Assembly: GCA_951406725.2 (NCBI GenBank)
Contig: OX597825.1
Span: 5,146,001 to 5,210,000, forward strand
Direction of reading: 5' to 3'
From: Octopus vulgaris
Lineage: Eukaryota
Length of the DNA: 64,000 bases
Shown here one piece after another: positions 13,134-26,799 of this stretch. The notes under the pieces were generated by a model. The model saw nothing but the letters and a program-made list of their open reading frames with translations, had not been told where the DNA came from and searched no databases. The translations under genes were made by a program, and so were the position numbers. Every line of letters starts with the position of its first letter. Positions within the stretch are counted from its first letter, which is position 1.

Positions 13134-13797
13134 TTATCTATTTATGTATGTACTTTTTGCTAACTGGCAAGTAATTCATGTGTAAAGAACTTTAAGTGGC
13201 ACCAAGGAAACAAGTCAAAAATAAACAGATGTTTCAGAATATATAAAATATATCATACTTAAATGTATTTATTACGAAACAAAATAGGATCCTGTATGTG
13301 ATTGTACACACGTGAGTTTTTCAAACGACAGAGTTCAAGCACGAACTGAAAAGACACGTGTACTTTGATTAGAGGGGGAAAAGTTCGAAAGATTTGAAAG
13401 GAAATAAATGAAAAGAAACATCTCTTAGTAACAGTTTATTTGGGTTATTTGAAAAATAGAACACAAATTTCACAAATTCTCCTTTCAGCTTCCTTTACTT
13501 GCTTTAGTCACTGGACTGTGGTCATATCTCAGCACCTTTAGGAAGGGCATAAGGAAAATAATTGACACCAGCGCTTAGTGTTTTAAAGCGTAGTGCGTAT
13601 TTGATAGGATTCTCATACGCCGAATCGCTAACATTACGCTAACACATATATATATATATATATATACATGCACAGTCCGACAATAGGTTAGCTGGCCGAC
13701 ACTTCGAAGTCACTGTCAATAACCAATAACATACTTGTTTATGAAGAATAAGAAATTCATATTCTATAAAATTATAGACTAATATTCCAGAGTCACG

Positions 13798-13868
<71 letters not shown>

Positions 13869-14464
13869 ACAATTGTTTCGACAACATTTTACTGATGCAT
13901 TCTTACATCATATAATGGGACAAACTTGCCATCGTCATGTAAATTCTAAATATATAAACAGGTAAGATCGAAATAGAAGATGACCATTTCACCAATTAGC
14001 ACGGTGGAACAAGTAAAAGTTTGAAGATATACTATAGAATTTATAGAGAAAGTGGATTAGCTACAGAAAAATAAGGAAATGGAGATATTGAGGTTAATAA
14101 GAGCTTATTATCAGTAACAAAGTGAATATTTGCGGATAATAAAAACACTGACCAACTTCAATATTTCCATTTTCTTATTTTTCATATATATATATATATA
14201 ACATACTTCCACACACTTTACGTCTCCTAAATTCACTCGCAAAGTTATTGATTCACCTAAGGCTATATGAGAAGCCACCTGTCCAAGATGCCGTACAGCG
14301 AGACTGTACCCGAGAACATGAGGTTGCAAAAAGTGAACGTCTTAACTACGCAGCCATGGCTGCGCCCATAACATTATTTTGAAGTTGGACTTAACAAAAG
14401 TAAATCTGTTATATTAATACGGAAATAATATTTTTCGTATCAAAGAAATACTGCTATATTATCC

Positions 14465-14501
14465 CTGTCGATGTTGAATTTCATTGCAGTATTTTGCAGT
14501 T

Positions 14502-14541
<40 letters not shown>

Positions 14542-14980
14542 GGCTTTTATGTATGTATGTGTGTATGTTTGCGTATATACGAGCTTTCAGCAATGTAGAG
14601 TTACCTTGACAAACCTACTGATGAAGAAGTTTACGAGAGACAAATGTTGCTCTCGCTAATCACATCTGACAGGATCAATACAAAGAAAGACAGTAAAAAA
14701 ACAATAACAAAACAAAGAGAGTTCGTTTTGGATTTGTTTTCTTTAAACACAGCCATAAAGTTATATGAGTTATTTATTTCTTGCAAATCTTTCTTTTGAG
14801 GATGTTTAACGAAAATACATTCGGTCAGTGTATGTTATTTGTGTGTGTGTATGTGCGTGTGTAATTAAATTGTCTGTTTATATGCTTGTAATATCAGTAG
14901 GTTTAATCCGTTCGTCGCCTTGGAATGTCATAAAACCAGAAGTCACAGAGACCTAACGAATAAAAGAATCTCTACGTGTA
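14465..14980 (+). repeat. Copy 2 of the diverged local duplication
   Basis: See 10388-10865; interrupted by a TA/GT tract at ~14495-14580. Confidence 0.7.
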
Positions 14981-15051
14981 TGCATGATCATATATATGCA
15001 TACATACACACAAACATACATACATACATATATATCAATATACATCTATGT

Positions 15052-15106
<55 letters not shown>

Positions 15107-15185
15107 CATGTATATATATATATATACATATATCAATATACATGTATAGATAAATAGATAGATAGAGAGAGAGAGAGAGATAGAT

Positions 15186-15235
<50 letters not shown>

Positions 15236-16448
15236 GTGTATGTACATACACACTCATACACAAATACATACACAAATACATACATGCATACATACACACA
15301 TACACAAATATATACATACACACATATACACAAATACATACACAAATACTTACATACATTCATACATACATACATTCATACATTCATACATACATACATA
15401 CATTCATTCATAAATACATAAATGCATACATACATACATAAAAATGTGAAATCTGTGCACTGTTGTGATTTCACGAAATTTCTGTTTTATTGTAGTTTAT
15501 ACGTCTATCTAAAAGATTCATTTCAGACAATATACTAAGACTAAAACAGCAAAAATGCAGTCAACCATCATCTGTGCTGACAGATTTATCGCTGAAACTG
15601 TATTTGATAGCATTTTAAAGATAATATATCCTGATTCGATGATTCACATCTAACAAGCCTGTGTATACATCAGACAATGAAACAATGACGAAGAGCAAAG
15701 TCCCCATGGAGCTGCCACCTGTGGGACTGTCGTTAAGTAAGTGAACACATGGGTAAAATCTCTTCTTTGTTTCAAAGATATCTGCAAGAGGATGAAGTCT
15801 CGTTATATGAAGTCTGAAAAGTGAAGTAACGTTGGTGACGAATGTGCCTACTAAAGTATGGGATCAAACTAGTGTTTAAAAAGAAAGAAAAAAGGGCGAA
15901 GTGTTGATAATAAATGTCTTATTCATAATAAAAAGCAAAAATCGAAATAACAATAAATACCTTTAAATGCGGATAGTGTAGCAAAGATAGTCACTCTGAA
16001 GTGGGTCGCTAGAATCAAAGAGAAAGCGACTCGGCCAGCAACCCTAACGTAACTCATTTCACGCACATATCCGCGCTTGTTGTATCCTTCCCTCTGGCCA
16101 CGGTTTCGTAATCTCAGTTGCATCTATCCGTGTCGTCTCTGGCGTCTTTTACAGTGTTTAAAGTGCACTGACCATCATTTATGATGTCGGCATTTTGCTA
16201 CTCATCATAATACAGGCAACTCTTTTCCAATATTCAGATATATTGTAAATGCTCCATGTCGGCTAACTTTTTCTCAACTACTCATTTAATTTCTATACAA
16301 CGCCTTTGACTGTTCACTAATACATAAGTTCTTCTTGAAAAAAGCAGACATAAAAATCGTCAAATTTAATCCGAACTCTCCGTATATGCACACACACACA
16401 TACATACATTCAGACAGACACATACACACACGCGCGCGCAGGACACAC

Positions 16449-16551
<103 letters not shown>

Positions 16552-16587
16552 CATAGATATATATACATATACATATGTATGTATATA

Positions 16588-16993
16588 TCTCTTTTTTCTC
16601 TTTTACTTGTTTCAGTCATTTGACTGCGGCCATGCTAGAGCACCGCCTTAAATCGAGCAAATCGACCCCGGGACTTATTCTTTGTAAGCTCAATACTTAT
16701 TCTATCGGTCTCTTTTGCCGAACCGCTAAGTGACGGGGACGTAAACACACCAGCATCAGTTGTCAAGCAATACTAGGGGGACAAACACAGACACACAAAC
16801 ACACACACACACACACATATATATACATATATACTACAGGCTTCTTTCAGTTTCCGTCTACCAAATCCACTCACAAGGCATTGGTCGGACTCGTGGCTAT
16901 AGCAGAAGACACTTGCCCAAGATGCCACGCAGTGGGACTGAACCCGGAACCATGTAGTTGGTTAGCAAGCTACTTACCACACAGCCACTCCTG
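16588..16993 (-). mobile_element. Full-length SINE family A copy inserted in (TA)n
   Basis: Close reverse complement of 5827-6229. Confidence 0.9.
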
Positions 16994-17495
16994 ATATATA
17001 TATATATATATATATGTTTACTATTTTCCTCTCGTTCTGGTCTAACGACCCTTCATGTGTGTTTTCGTTCGGTTTCCTTGTATGTCTCCACTTGTCTCGT
17101 TTTTGTTCCCAAATCTGACCTTCCATAAAGTTATGAAAATGCTTCAGTGAAGTGGTCACGGCTGTGCAACGTAAATGGTAAAGCCTTAAGAGAAAATAAA
17201 GAAAAAAATTATTTTACAGCTTTTCTGATTTTACACGGCTTTAATGAAAATATATCGATGTAACTACTTAAGTTCCAATAGACACAGGCTAAAATAAAAA
17301 CACTTAATACTTGAGTACAATGCGTATATACATACATATATACATACATACACTCATAGATACATACACATATATATACATATATATATATATACGTAAA
17401 TATATATATATATATACATATATATACATACATATATATATATTTATATATATATACACACATATATGTGTTTATGTATATATACATATATATGC

Positions 17496-17526
<31 letters not shown>

Positions 17527-17747
17527 AATGTACATACATATATATATGTATATATATACATATAAATACACATAGACACAGATATATATTCATATACTTA
17601 TGCTTAAATATATGTATGTGCGCGTCTATTTGCACATGAGTGGTTGTGTGTACATATAAAATGATATATGTGTGTCTGTATGTGTCTGTGTGTATGTATA
17701 TATCTATGTATGTATTTGTGTATGTATGTATTTGTGTTTGTATTTAT

Positions 17748-17805
<58 letters not shown>

Positions 17806-18386
17806 TTATGTATATAAGTGTGTATATGCATAAGATTATGTGCACATACGCACATACATAGGTATATAAAATACACATCTACACTTCTATGCATACATAC
17901 ATACGTACGTATATACATTCATACAGACATACATGCATACATACATGCATGCATACATACATACATACATAGATGCATGCATACATACATACATACATAC
18001 ATACATGCATACATACATGCATACATGCATGCATATAGCCATACTTATGTAAGTACGTGTGAGAACAATACTGAAAATATCATTAAGATTCAAGTGTTCG
18101 AATTCCTTCGTCGGTGTTCAGTCAACAAATCCACTTATGTGTTATTTTTCTCACATATTGAAGCCATTATATACACCAGCAGTATACGTGTACTCATCTC
18201 CTATTCAATTATAATATATATTCCATTATAACAACCGAATGAAAGTACTTCAGGTCTTCCATAATTTTTGTTGAGAAATGAAATAAAGCGATTCTCAGAC
18301 TAAAGTATTTCTCAACGACTTATTCACATTATTTTTCTACTTTTTACTTTACTATTTTTCTCACTTTGGTTCTTTCTCACCCTAAG

Positions 18387-18440
<54 letters not shown>

Positions 18441-18559
18441 GTTGTTGCTTCATCTCTTTTTTCACTCTATTTCTGTATTGCATCTAATGTTAGACAATTG
18501 AAACTTATTAAAATGGCAGACAGAAAATGTCAAGGAAAACATAGAAGAGTATAATGCGA

Positions 18560-18765
18560 GGAAGAAGAAGAAGAAGAAGAACAAGAAGAACAAGAAGAAG
18601 AAGAAGAAGAAGAAGAAGAAGAAGAAGAAGAAGAAGAAGAAGAAGAAGAAGAAGAAGAAGAACAACAACAACAACAACAAGAACAAGAACAAGAAGAAGA
18701 AGAAGAAGATGAAGAAGAACAAGAAGAAGAAGAACAAGAACAAGAAGAACAAGAAGAAGAACAAG
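18560..18765. repeat. (GAA)n/(AAC)n compound microsatellite
   Basis: Direct reading. Confidence 0.95.
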
Positions 18766-18854
18766 CTGAGCTGTGAACTTCATTCTTATACATCTATTGT
18801 TTTATTCTTCTATATACTGTGAATTCTCTGTCTGGAAGTTTCCTGGATACACCT

Positions 18855-18931
18855 TGTCTCTGATGACTGAATACCAGTGTTTGGGGATGGTGACCCATTA
18901 CCTGGGATATCCCAGAAACAGCTGTAAAGCA
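18855..18931 (+). ncRNA. Candidate type I hammerhead ribozyme with long stem II, within a putative PLE pLTR-like element (~18770-19185)
   Basis: TGTCT-CTGATGA-(48 nt)-GAA-ACAGCTGT-A-AAGCA: intact core, palindromic helix III ACAGCTGT, GUA triplet, stem I with 4 of 5 pairs. Confidence 0.55.
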
Positions 18932-19604
18932 TTAATTACTTCTACTTCTGTATTTTGATTCACATTACTCTAATGAAGTATTCTAAATTACCTGAGGTGA
19001 TCACCCTGCTTTGATTTTGTTTTCCGTTTCCTTTAATATGTACCTGCTGAATCGGAAGTCTACTACGGGCCTCTAGCTCCAGCCTCACCTGTGAGCTTAG
19101 AGCCTAACGGATGACCAATTATAGTACTTACGCAGCGTACCTATTAGTTTAGATTACCAATGGACTAAACCCCTCACATTCCATTTATATATATATAACT
19201 TATGTATGTATATACACATATGTATACATTCATATATATGTGGTGTGTGTGTATGTATTTGAGTGCATGTGTGTGTGTGTGTTAGTATGTACGCATATAC
19301 AAATATTTATACATATATATATATATATATATGCGCACGTGAAATATATATAAACATACCAGCACATCTATCTATACATGCGCACACACGCGCATACCAC
19401 ACACACACGCGCACACATTAATGTCCTTTATTGCTATGATCTACATCGATCTCGGCTTAGTCGAGATGATGTGTGTATGGTTATATGTGTGAGTGTAAAA
19501 GACAGATAGTGAGCATGAAAGGGGGGAGGAAAGAACCGGTGGGGGGAGTATGCAAGGGAGAAGGAGTAGAGACACGGAATCGAGGACATTGACATCATTG
19601 CAGT

Positions 19605-19668
19605 TGATGATGACGACGACGACAATCACGACGACGATGGTGTTGGTGTTGTTGGTGGTGATGGTGAA

Positions 19669-19724
<56 letters not shown>

Positions 19725-19806
19725 CGACGACGACGATGATGATGATGATGATGATGACGATGATGATGATGATGATGACGACGATGATGATGGTGATGAT
19801 GATGAC

Positions 19807-19861
<55 letters not shown>

Positions 19862-19902
19862 GTGATGACGACGATGATAATGATGATGATGATGATGATG
19901 GT
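19605..19902. repeat. (GAT)n/(GAC)n microsatellite
   Basis: Direct reading. Confidence 0.95.
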
Positions 19903-20777
19903 GAAGAATGAGAATAATCTATCACGTAGTGGAAATGAACTTATGGTTTCGGGCAAGAAGGTTAGTATACCAAACGCAATCGGAGAGAATGAAATGAAGT
20001 CAGGCAAAAAAAAAAAAAAAGAAGAAAAGAAGAAAAAAATCAGGAAATAAAAACCAAGAAAGAAAAATAATAAAATGCTAATTGGAAAACGAAAAAGAGT
20101 TAGAGAAGCAGTAATAAAGAAAAAAAGACAATAAAGCTACAGCGAAAGCGGGTAATAGAAAATCTCATTATGTGTGTAATAGAACAAGCAATTAGACGAG
20201 TTCTTATTGAGTTAAATTTTAAAGGAGTCATTAAAGATGGTGTAAAATGTGTGAGAAACTAAAACGAACTGGCTCTACGGTCTTAATGTGTGAATCTAAC
20301 AAGACAGGGTGTGCAATAGTGGCTGCCGAGCTGTTCACCACAAGTGGAGTCGAGCTGCTCGGCGATTTCGAAAAGTATAATTTAAAGCGTTTGGAAAATC
20401 GATACCAATGCTTGAAAGTCTTGAAAATTGGTACCATTTCTAATTTTGTTATGCACGAGTATGATTAGCATAACAAAGTGAGTGATGCATTGCAATGCAC
20501 TTGAGCACCATTAAGAGGTATCTGGGTGCATTCTGATTCGAAACGAACGTGAACGTATAATTTATAATTTCATTTTACAGATGTATAATTAATAAAACAT
20601 GTTACGGTTTTCTAAAAATTGTTTTAATTTTTTTTTTAATCTCTGTTTTTTTTATTTTTTATTTTAAAAACAGTTGCGTAAGTGATTATCGAAGCCTATT
20701 AATCTGGCTAAGCTTAGGTAATTGAAGAATATCAAAAGCAATTGAAAAACCTTGTAAAAGACAGAATTCGCTTTTAT

Positions 20778-20928
20778 AGGCGCAGGTGTGGCTGCCTTGT
20801 AAGTCGTTTGCTTCTTAATTACATGGTTCCGGGTTCAATCGTAAGTTGGAAACGAGTCTTCTGCTATAGACCAGGGTCGATCAAAGATAGGTGAGTGGAT
20901 TTGCTAGACTGGACTGAAAGAAGCATGT

Positions 20929-20930
<2 letters not shown>
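20778..20930 (+). mobile_element. Diverged 5' half of SINE family A
   Basis: ggcgcaggtgtggctg...catggttccgggttcaatc...gtgagtggatttg...ctgaaagaagc. Confidence 0.7.
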
Positions 20931-20975
<45 letters not shown>

Positions 20976-20991
20976 ACATACATATATATAT

Positions 20992-21402
20992 ACTCTTTTA
21001 CTCTTCTACTCTTTTACTTGTTTCAGTCAGTTGACTGCGGCCATGCTGGAACACCGCCTTTAGTCGAGCAAATCGACCCCGGGACTTATTCTTTGTAAGC
21101 CCAGTACTTATTCTATCGGTCTCTTTTCCCGAACTGCTAAGTGACGGGGACACACCAGCATCGGTTGTCAAGCAATGCTAGGGGGAAAAACACAGACACA
21201 CAAACATACACACACACACATATATATATATATACATATATACGACAGGCTTCTTTCAGTTTCCGTCTACCAAATCCAGTCACAAGGCTTTGGTCGGCCT
21301 GAGGCTATAGTAGAAGATACTTGCCCAAGGTGTCACGCAATGGGACTGAACCCGGAACCATGTGGTTGGTAAGCAAGCTACTTACCACACAGCCACTCCT
21401 GC
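20992..21402 (-). mobile_element. Full-length SINE family A copy inserted in (TA)n
   Basis: Close reverse complement of 5827-6229. Confidence 0.9.
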
Positions 21403-21432
21403 ATATATATATTTATATCATTTTTTAAATAA

Positions 21433-21555
21433 TTAACAGTTATGGCCGGTCATAGAGTGACCATTGGTTTCACACCTTCATAGGTGCGAAATTAGTTCGA
21501 AAGGTTTCGTAGGTGCGTAATTAATGGTCACTGTATGATCGGTTATGACTTTTAA
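21433..21555. mobile_element. Small palindromic MITE-like element bounded by TTAA
   Basis: 40 bp arms (21438-21477 and 21511-21550), 31 of 40 positions complementary; TTAA at 21433 and 21552. Confidence 0.6.
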
Positions 21556-21699
21556 GCACCACAAAAAGTTATCCCTGCTTTTATCCTTTAGAATGTTCGT
21601 CTTCGAATATTGGAACTACTGACGAAATATATATACACATATATTCTTTGATATGTTTCAGTCCAATGACTGTGGCCATGCTGTAGCACTGCCATTTTT

Positions 21700-21787
<88 letters not shown>

Positions 21788-21970
21788 TCTGTAGTTCATA
21801 TATTCGAAGTCGAACAGTCGAAAGGATTAAATCAGGAATAACAATGTGACTGTGAAATATGTCAGAGATGAATTCTGATAAATGTGATAAATTCAATTTC
21901 TTAGATGCACTTTGACCCTGTTCTGGTAGTGGGCAGGTCCAGCATTTCGAGATTGTAGGGCGTGATATGT

Positions 21971-22400
21971 TCAATACCGTGTATGTCCTCCCTGGGTGTT
22001 GAAAAAGGCCGTATACGGTCGGTGCATGGAGCACATGTTTCGAATCAAAAAAGTCGTTGGTACCTGTGCCCACAGCCCCAGGAAAGCTGCCTCCAGTACC
22101 ACACCAGTTGTCGGCCTTGGGACCACCTGATTCAGCCGTCTCTGGATCTCATGCCACAGGTGTTCATTTGGGTTCCAATCCGGGCTCAGACACGGCCACG
22201 GCATGATTCTAATGTTGTGCTGACACAGAAAGTCCTTAGTAACCCTGACCGTGTGGAAGGAATCATTGTCCTCCTGGAACACATGGTTATGGTGACGCGC
22301 GAAGAAGGGCATGATGTAAGGTCTTAGGGTCTGGTCAACGCAGCGTTGCGCTGTGATGCCATTCCCTCTGCCTGCACCAACAATTTGGTACACATGTGGC
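21971..22400 (-). mobile_element. Tc1-family (DD34E) transposase, C-terminal remnant
   Basis: VFQEDN...PWPCLSPDWNPNEHLW...GGHTRY*; exactly 34 residues between the D of QEDN and the E of NPNE. Confidence 0.9.
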
Positions 22401-22589
22401 CTAAACATGTGTGGAGTAAATGACGAGCTAATTCTGCTGAGAGACATGTCATGCCTCCGTTTGGAATACTCCAGACACTAACCTGTCATGGAAATTGGGG
22501 TTGGGATTGTATGTGATTTTTGAACGCACCGAAAATCTGTCAGTGGATATACTCTCCTTTGCGGTAGTCGCCGCTGCGTCTAACGCGAC

Positions 22590-23590
22590 CCATCGTCTGA
22601 AGTTTTGACACCTCCTTCGGGTTTCTTGTCCTACATTACTCACGAAGTAAATTTGGAGGAAGTGTAGTCGTTCATTTGTGAGTAACAGGGAAACAACGAG
22701 GGGATAGACTTGCCCTTGAACTTTGAACGTTGACGTAAATCCATGTTCGGCTATCTTCATAGATGCACCACACGATGCCATTTGAAATGCAGAGTTGTAT
22801 TGTCTGATATTGTTAAGGAAATCCTTTCACTGGATGGAAGCGCCTTCCAGAAGATCTATAAGAGGGTGAGGAGGAGCTTGTAGCACTGGCAATCTTATCT
22901 TACGTTTGAGCCGCGCATGTCATTGGTTTCAGTTGGAAATTTGGGGGAAAGTCTCATCTTCCTTCTGTATTGAGAATCCATCTGACGTGCGACTGCATGC
23001 GTTTGCTGTTCTTGAGAAAGTGTCATCTCGCTTGTCTTGACACTTCATCTGACATGCTGCAGCCTGCATTTGCTGATCTTATCTGATTATTAACTGGTAA
23101 CTGAAAGGTAAATGTGTATTTTTATGTACCTTGAACCTGCCACGTCATTGTCTTTCGTCAAGAGTTTCACCTCCAGCCGTTCGCTATGTCAGTCAACATA
23201 CGCTGACACACCATTCGGCCGTCGTGGACGTAAAGACGGAAAGTTGGCGATGAGTGATGTTGTTCACATTAGGATATAAATGATTCATTTATTTCAAATA
23301 CGATAGAAATAAGATCTTAGTATTATTACTAAGAATTAAAAGTGAAAGAAAAAAAGTGAAGCACTATTATACCGTTGGGAAAAAAAATCAGAAGGGTCGT
23401 AGGGGGGGGGAGGCTACAGACCCTATATGGACAGGGGTCAAAATTAGACCAACCACACTAGAAGCTTCTCCGAGTAATGAAAAACCTTGAGGTCAAATTT
23501 GGTATAGATCGATCGAGCGGTTTGGCCGAGCATAGAGGAAACTCTAACACACACACAGACACGCACATAGAGTAAATTTCAGAGATAGAT
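22590..23590 (-). mobile_element. Helitron 5' remnant (5' end plus N-terminal Rep/helicase fragment)
   Basis: IRLPVLQAPPHPLIDLL...FLNNIRQYNSAFQMAS...FTSTFKVQGQVY..VVSLL...FLQIYF is the Helitron RepHel N-terminal signature. The minus strand of 23480-23590 reads TCTATC..(TG)n..aaaccgctcgatcgatctataccaaatttg, like non-autonomous Helitron 5' ends. Confidence 0.8.
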
Positions 23591-23607
23591 AGATATATAG
23601 ATAGATA

Positions 23608-23644
<37 letters not shown>

Positions 23645-23687
23645 GTGTGGGTGTGTGTGCATGTATGTGTATATACACATATATAAA

Positions 23688-23908
23688 GGTGGCGAGAAGG
23701 CAGAATCGCTAGCATACAGAGCGAAATGTTTAGCGGTGTTTCGTCTGCCGCTAGGTTTTGAACTCAAATACCGTCGAGCTAGACTTTGCCTTTCACCTTT
23801 TTGGGGCTGATAAATTAAGTACCAGTTGAGTACTGGGGGTCGATATAATCGACTCAAACCCTCCACCTCCAAATTTCGGGCCTTGTGCCTATAGTAGATA
23901 GAAAGGAT
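23688..23908 (+). mobile_element. tRNA-derived SINE family B (tail variant 2)
   Basis: ggcgagaaggcagaatcgctagca...gactttgcctttcacc...gataaattaagtaccag...aaatttcgggccttgtgcctatagtag. Confidence 0.8.
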
Positions 23909-24425
23909 ACATATACATATATACTTATTCGTAATGTGGAGCAATTGATAACATTATTATCACGAGGATGTAATAATTTAGTCATTATGTTTGATTTCAC
24001 GTGAGAACTAGTGAAGCGTGGTGTCTGTCTGGGATATCAATAACCAGAAGAGTTAAAGAAAGAATAAGCGAGAAGAACGTAATGGAATTGTCATGGAGCT
24101 TAGCAAGACGTGTCCAGTTACTAGTGACGTAAATGGTTTTAATTAGGAGAGTCTCAAACACAATTTGTAGCCTTTAAGTAAACAGACAAAAGCACACAAC
24201 ACACAACACATACACACGCACACACACACATACACGCACGCACACACATATACATATATGTATATTCTTACGTATACGCATACATAAATGTATATGAATA
24301 TATTTATATGCATATAGATGTATTTGTATTTTAATCTTTATGGCATTTTCTTGCTTAATATCTGGGGAGTTGTAAGAATAGAGTTTTATGTGTCTGTGAG
24401 TATATATATATATACATATATATAT

Positions 24426-24484
<59 letters not shown>

Positions 24485-24487
24485 TAT

Positions 24488-24541
<54 letters not shown>

Positions 24542-24542
24542 G

Positions 24543-24587
<45 letters not shown>

Positions 24588-24798
24588 ATAGATGTATACG
24601 CATATATGCATAACAATGTGTATTAATATACATATTTTAAGTGAATATATATATTTAGTGTGTGTGTGTGTATATCTATACATATGTGTGTTTGTATGTG
24701 TGTGTGAATACATACATATCCATACAAATATATTTTGGCACATATCTGTGTGTAAGTATGCGTCCGTATGTGTGTGTGTGTTTGCGCGTGTGCATTTC

Positions 24799-24867
<69 letters not shown>

Positions 24868-24994
24868 ATGTGTGTGTGTGTGTTCCACATTATGTTACAT
24901 GCGTATGTTTCGTTTTCGCTAAGAGGGAGACAAAAAAAAAGAGAATTGTGCGAGTTGAGCTGGCGACGAAGAGTGTAAAAAAACATACGCGTCT

Positions 24995-25091
24995 GTATGT
25001 GTGTGTGTGTGTGTGTGTGTGTGCATTCGTAGGTTTGTGCATTCGTGTGTGTGTTTGTGTATGTGTACATGCGTGTGCATGCCTGTGTGTA

Positions 25092-25128
<37 letters not shown>

Positions 25129-25565
25129 ATTCGTAGGTTTGTGCATTCGTGTGTGTGTTTGTGTATGTGTACATGCGTGTGCATGCCTGTGTGCATGCCT
25201 GTGTGTATGTGTGTGTGTGCGCATTCGTGTGTGTGTTTGTTTGTGTGTACATGCGTGTGCATGCCTGTGTGTATGTGTGTGTGCATGTGTGTGTTTATTC
25301 GTAGGTTTGTGCATTCGTGTGTGTGTTTGTGTGTGTGTGTACATGTGTGTGCATGCCTGTGTGTATGTGTGTGTGTATGTGTATGTGTGTGTCTGTGTGT
25401 ATGTGTGTGTATGTGTGTATGTGTGTGTGCATTAGTAGGTTTGTGCATTCGTGTGTGTGTTTGTGTGTGTGTACATGCGTGTGCATGCCTGTGTGCATGC
25501 CTGTGTGTATGTGTGTGTATGTATGTGTGTATGTGTGTGTATGTGTGTGTGTGTGTGTGTGTGAA
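24995..25565. repeat. Compound minisatellite: ~100-160 bp units with constant motifs embedded in (GT)n
   Basis: 'attcgtaggtttgtgcattcg' (or a one-base variant) at ~25025, 25129, 25297 and 25431, each followed by 'gtacatgcgtgtgcatgcct' or a one-base variant. Confidence 0.85.
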
Positions 25566-26042
25566 TTTGTGTGTGCTCTCAACGAAGTTCTGTATTGCGT
25601 GAATGTGTCAATACGCTTGAACCACGAGTGTAAGAAGGACGGAGAAAGTCTGTTGCGTTATGCAAGTGTGAGATATTGTGGAGAGCAACTGGGCGTATTA
25701 TGGAGATGTTTTTAATGGGAAAAGTCTAGACTTGGCCGCAATGTTGGCATCTTGAGAACATATTGATAGCAGCTAATACTGCACTGCGCCATTCATTGGT
25801 TCAGTGCTGCATTCATTCATTTCAATGCTTGTGTGTGTGAATGTTTGCAGGTAAGCTTCACTGAGTGACTACGGTTACTTATGTAAGTGTGTAATTGTGG
25901 GAATATGGTGTTTGGTTTGAATATTATATGTTTGACTATGCGTTTGGGTGCGTGTGAGCGCGGCTGCATCTTTAAAGGAATGAGCGCCAAATATATATAT
26001 ATATATATATATATGTAAGCACGCACACACACACACACATAC

Positions 26043-26082
<40 letters not shown>

Positions 26083-26192
26083 ACTCATACAAACACACAT
26101 ATCGTAATGGCCATTGTATATGACTTGCTGTACAAATCCGCTTGTGGCTTTGAAATTATCAGTTTTACGCACAAGCACGCACACACAATCAC

Positions 26193-26318
<126 letters not shown>

Positions 26319-26377
26319 TATACATGTGTATATGTGTATATATGCATATATATATTATATATATACACACACACACA

Positions 26378-26414
<37 letters not shown>

Positions 26415-26799
26415 TATTACATATATATATATATGCATAAACATACGCTGAAACACGTACATATGATCAATATATTTATATTATATATATGTATATATAT
26501 TGTGTGTGTATTTTTTGTGTATATGTAAATATATATATTAATATTTATATCAATATATGATATTAGTTATAATTTCCATTTGTCACATGTAAACTTATGT
26601 CTTAAAAACCATTAATTCTTCTTTAGTGTTCCTACAGTGATAGATATAAACTATAGCAGACAATTAATCACAACAGTGGAAGAAACTCTTGTGCAGATGG
26701 AGCGGAATTCGATCACAGAATGTACCACTAAATAATAAATGAGCTTTGACAAGCTTATTGCAGATTCTAACCCTCAATCATTAGTATGAACCGTGGAAG

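Noticed and set aside
14618-14660. CTGATGA plus the CGAGAG/CTCTCG hairpin (and the paralog at 10470-10512) as a hammerhead or C/D snoRNA
   Set aside because: The spacing between core and stem is wrong, GAAA is absent in this copy, and there is no terminal C/D stem.
15670-15742. Exon-like 'NDEEQSPHGAATCGTVVK' before GTAAGT, faintly like a subtilase HGT motif
   Set aside because: Flanking frames contain stops, there is no convincing acceptor, and no other S8 motifs are nearby.
20324-20362. GC-rich hairpin GCCGAGC...GCTCGGC
   Set aside because: An isolated 7 bp stem with no Helitron CTRR end, no second copy and no recognisable RNA family.
24995-25565. CRISPR-like pattern of constant repeats with variable spacers
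   Set aside because: The spacers are (GT)n of variable length, the context is eukaryotic and there are no cas genes; it is a compound minisatellite.
25770-25812. TAATACTG seed-like sequence (miR-8/200 family) near a small hairpin
   Set aside because: The sequence diverges right after the seed and does not lie in a pre-miRNA-length stem.
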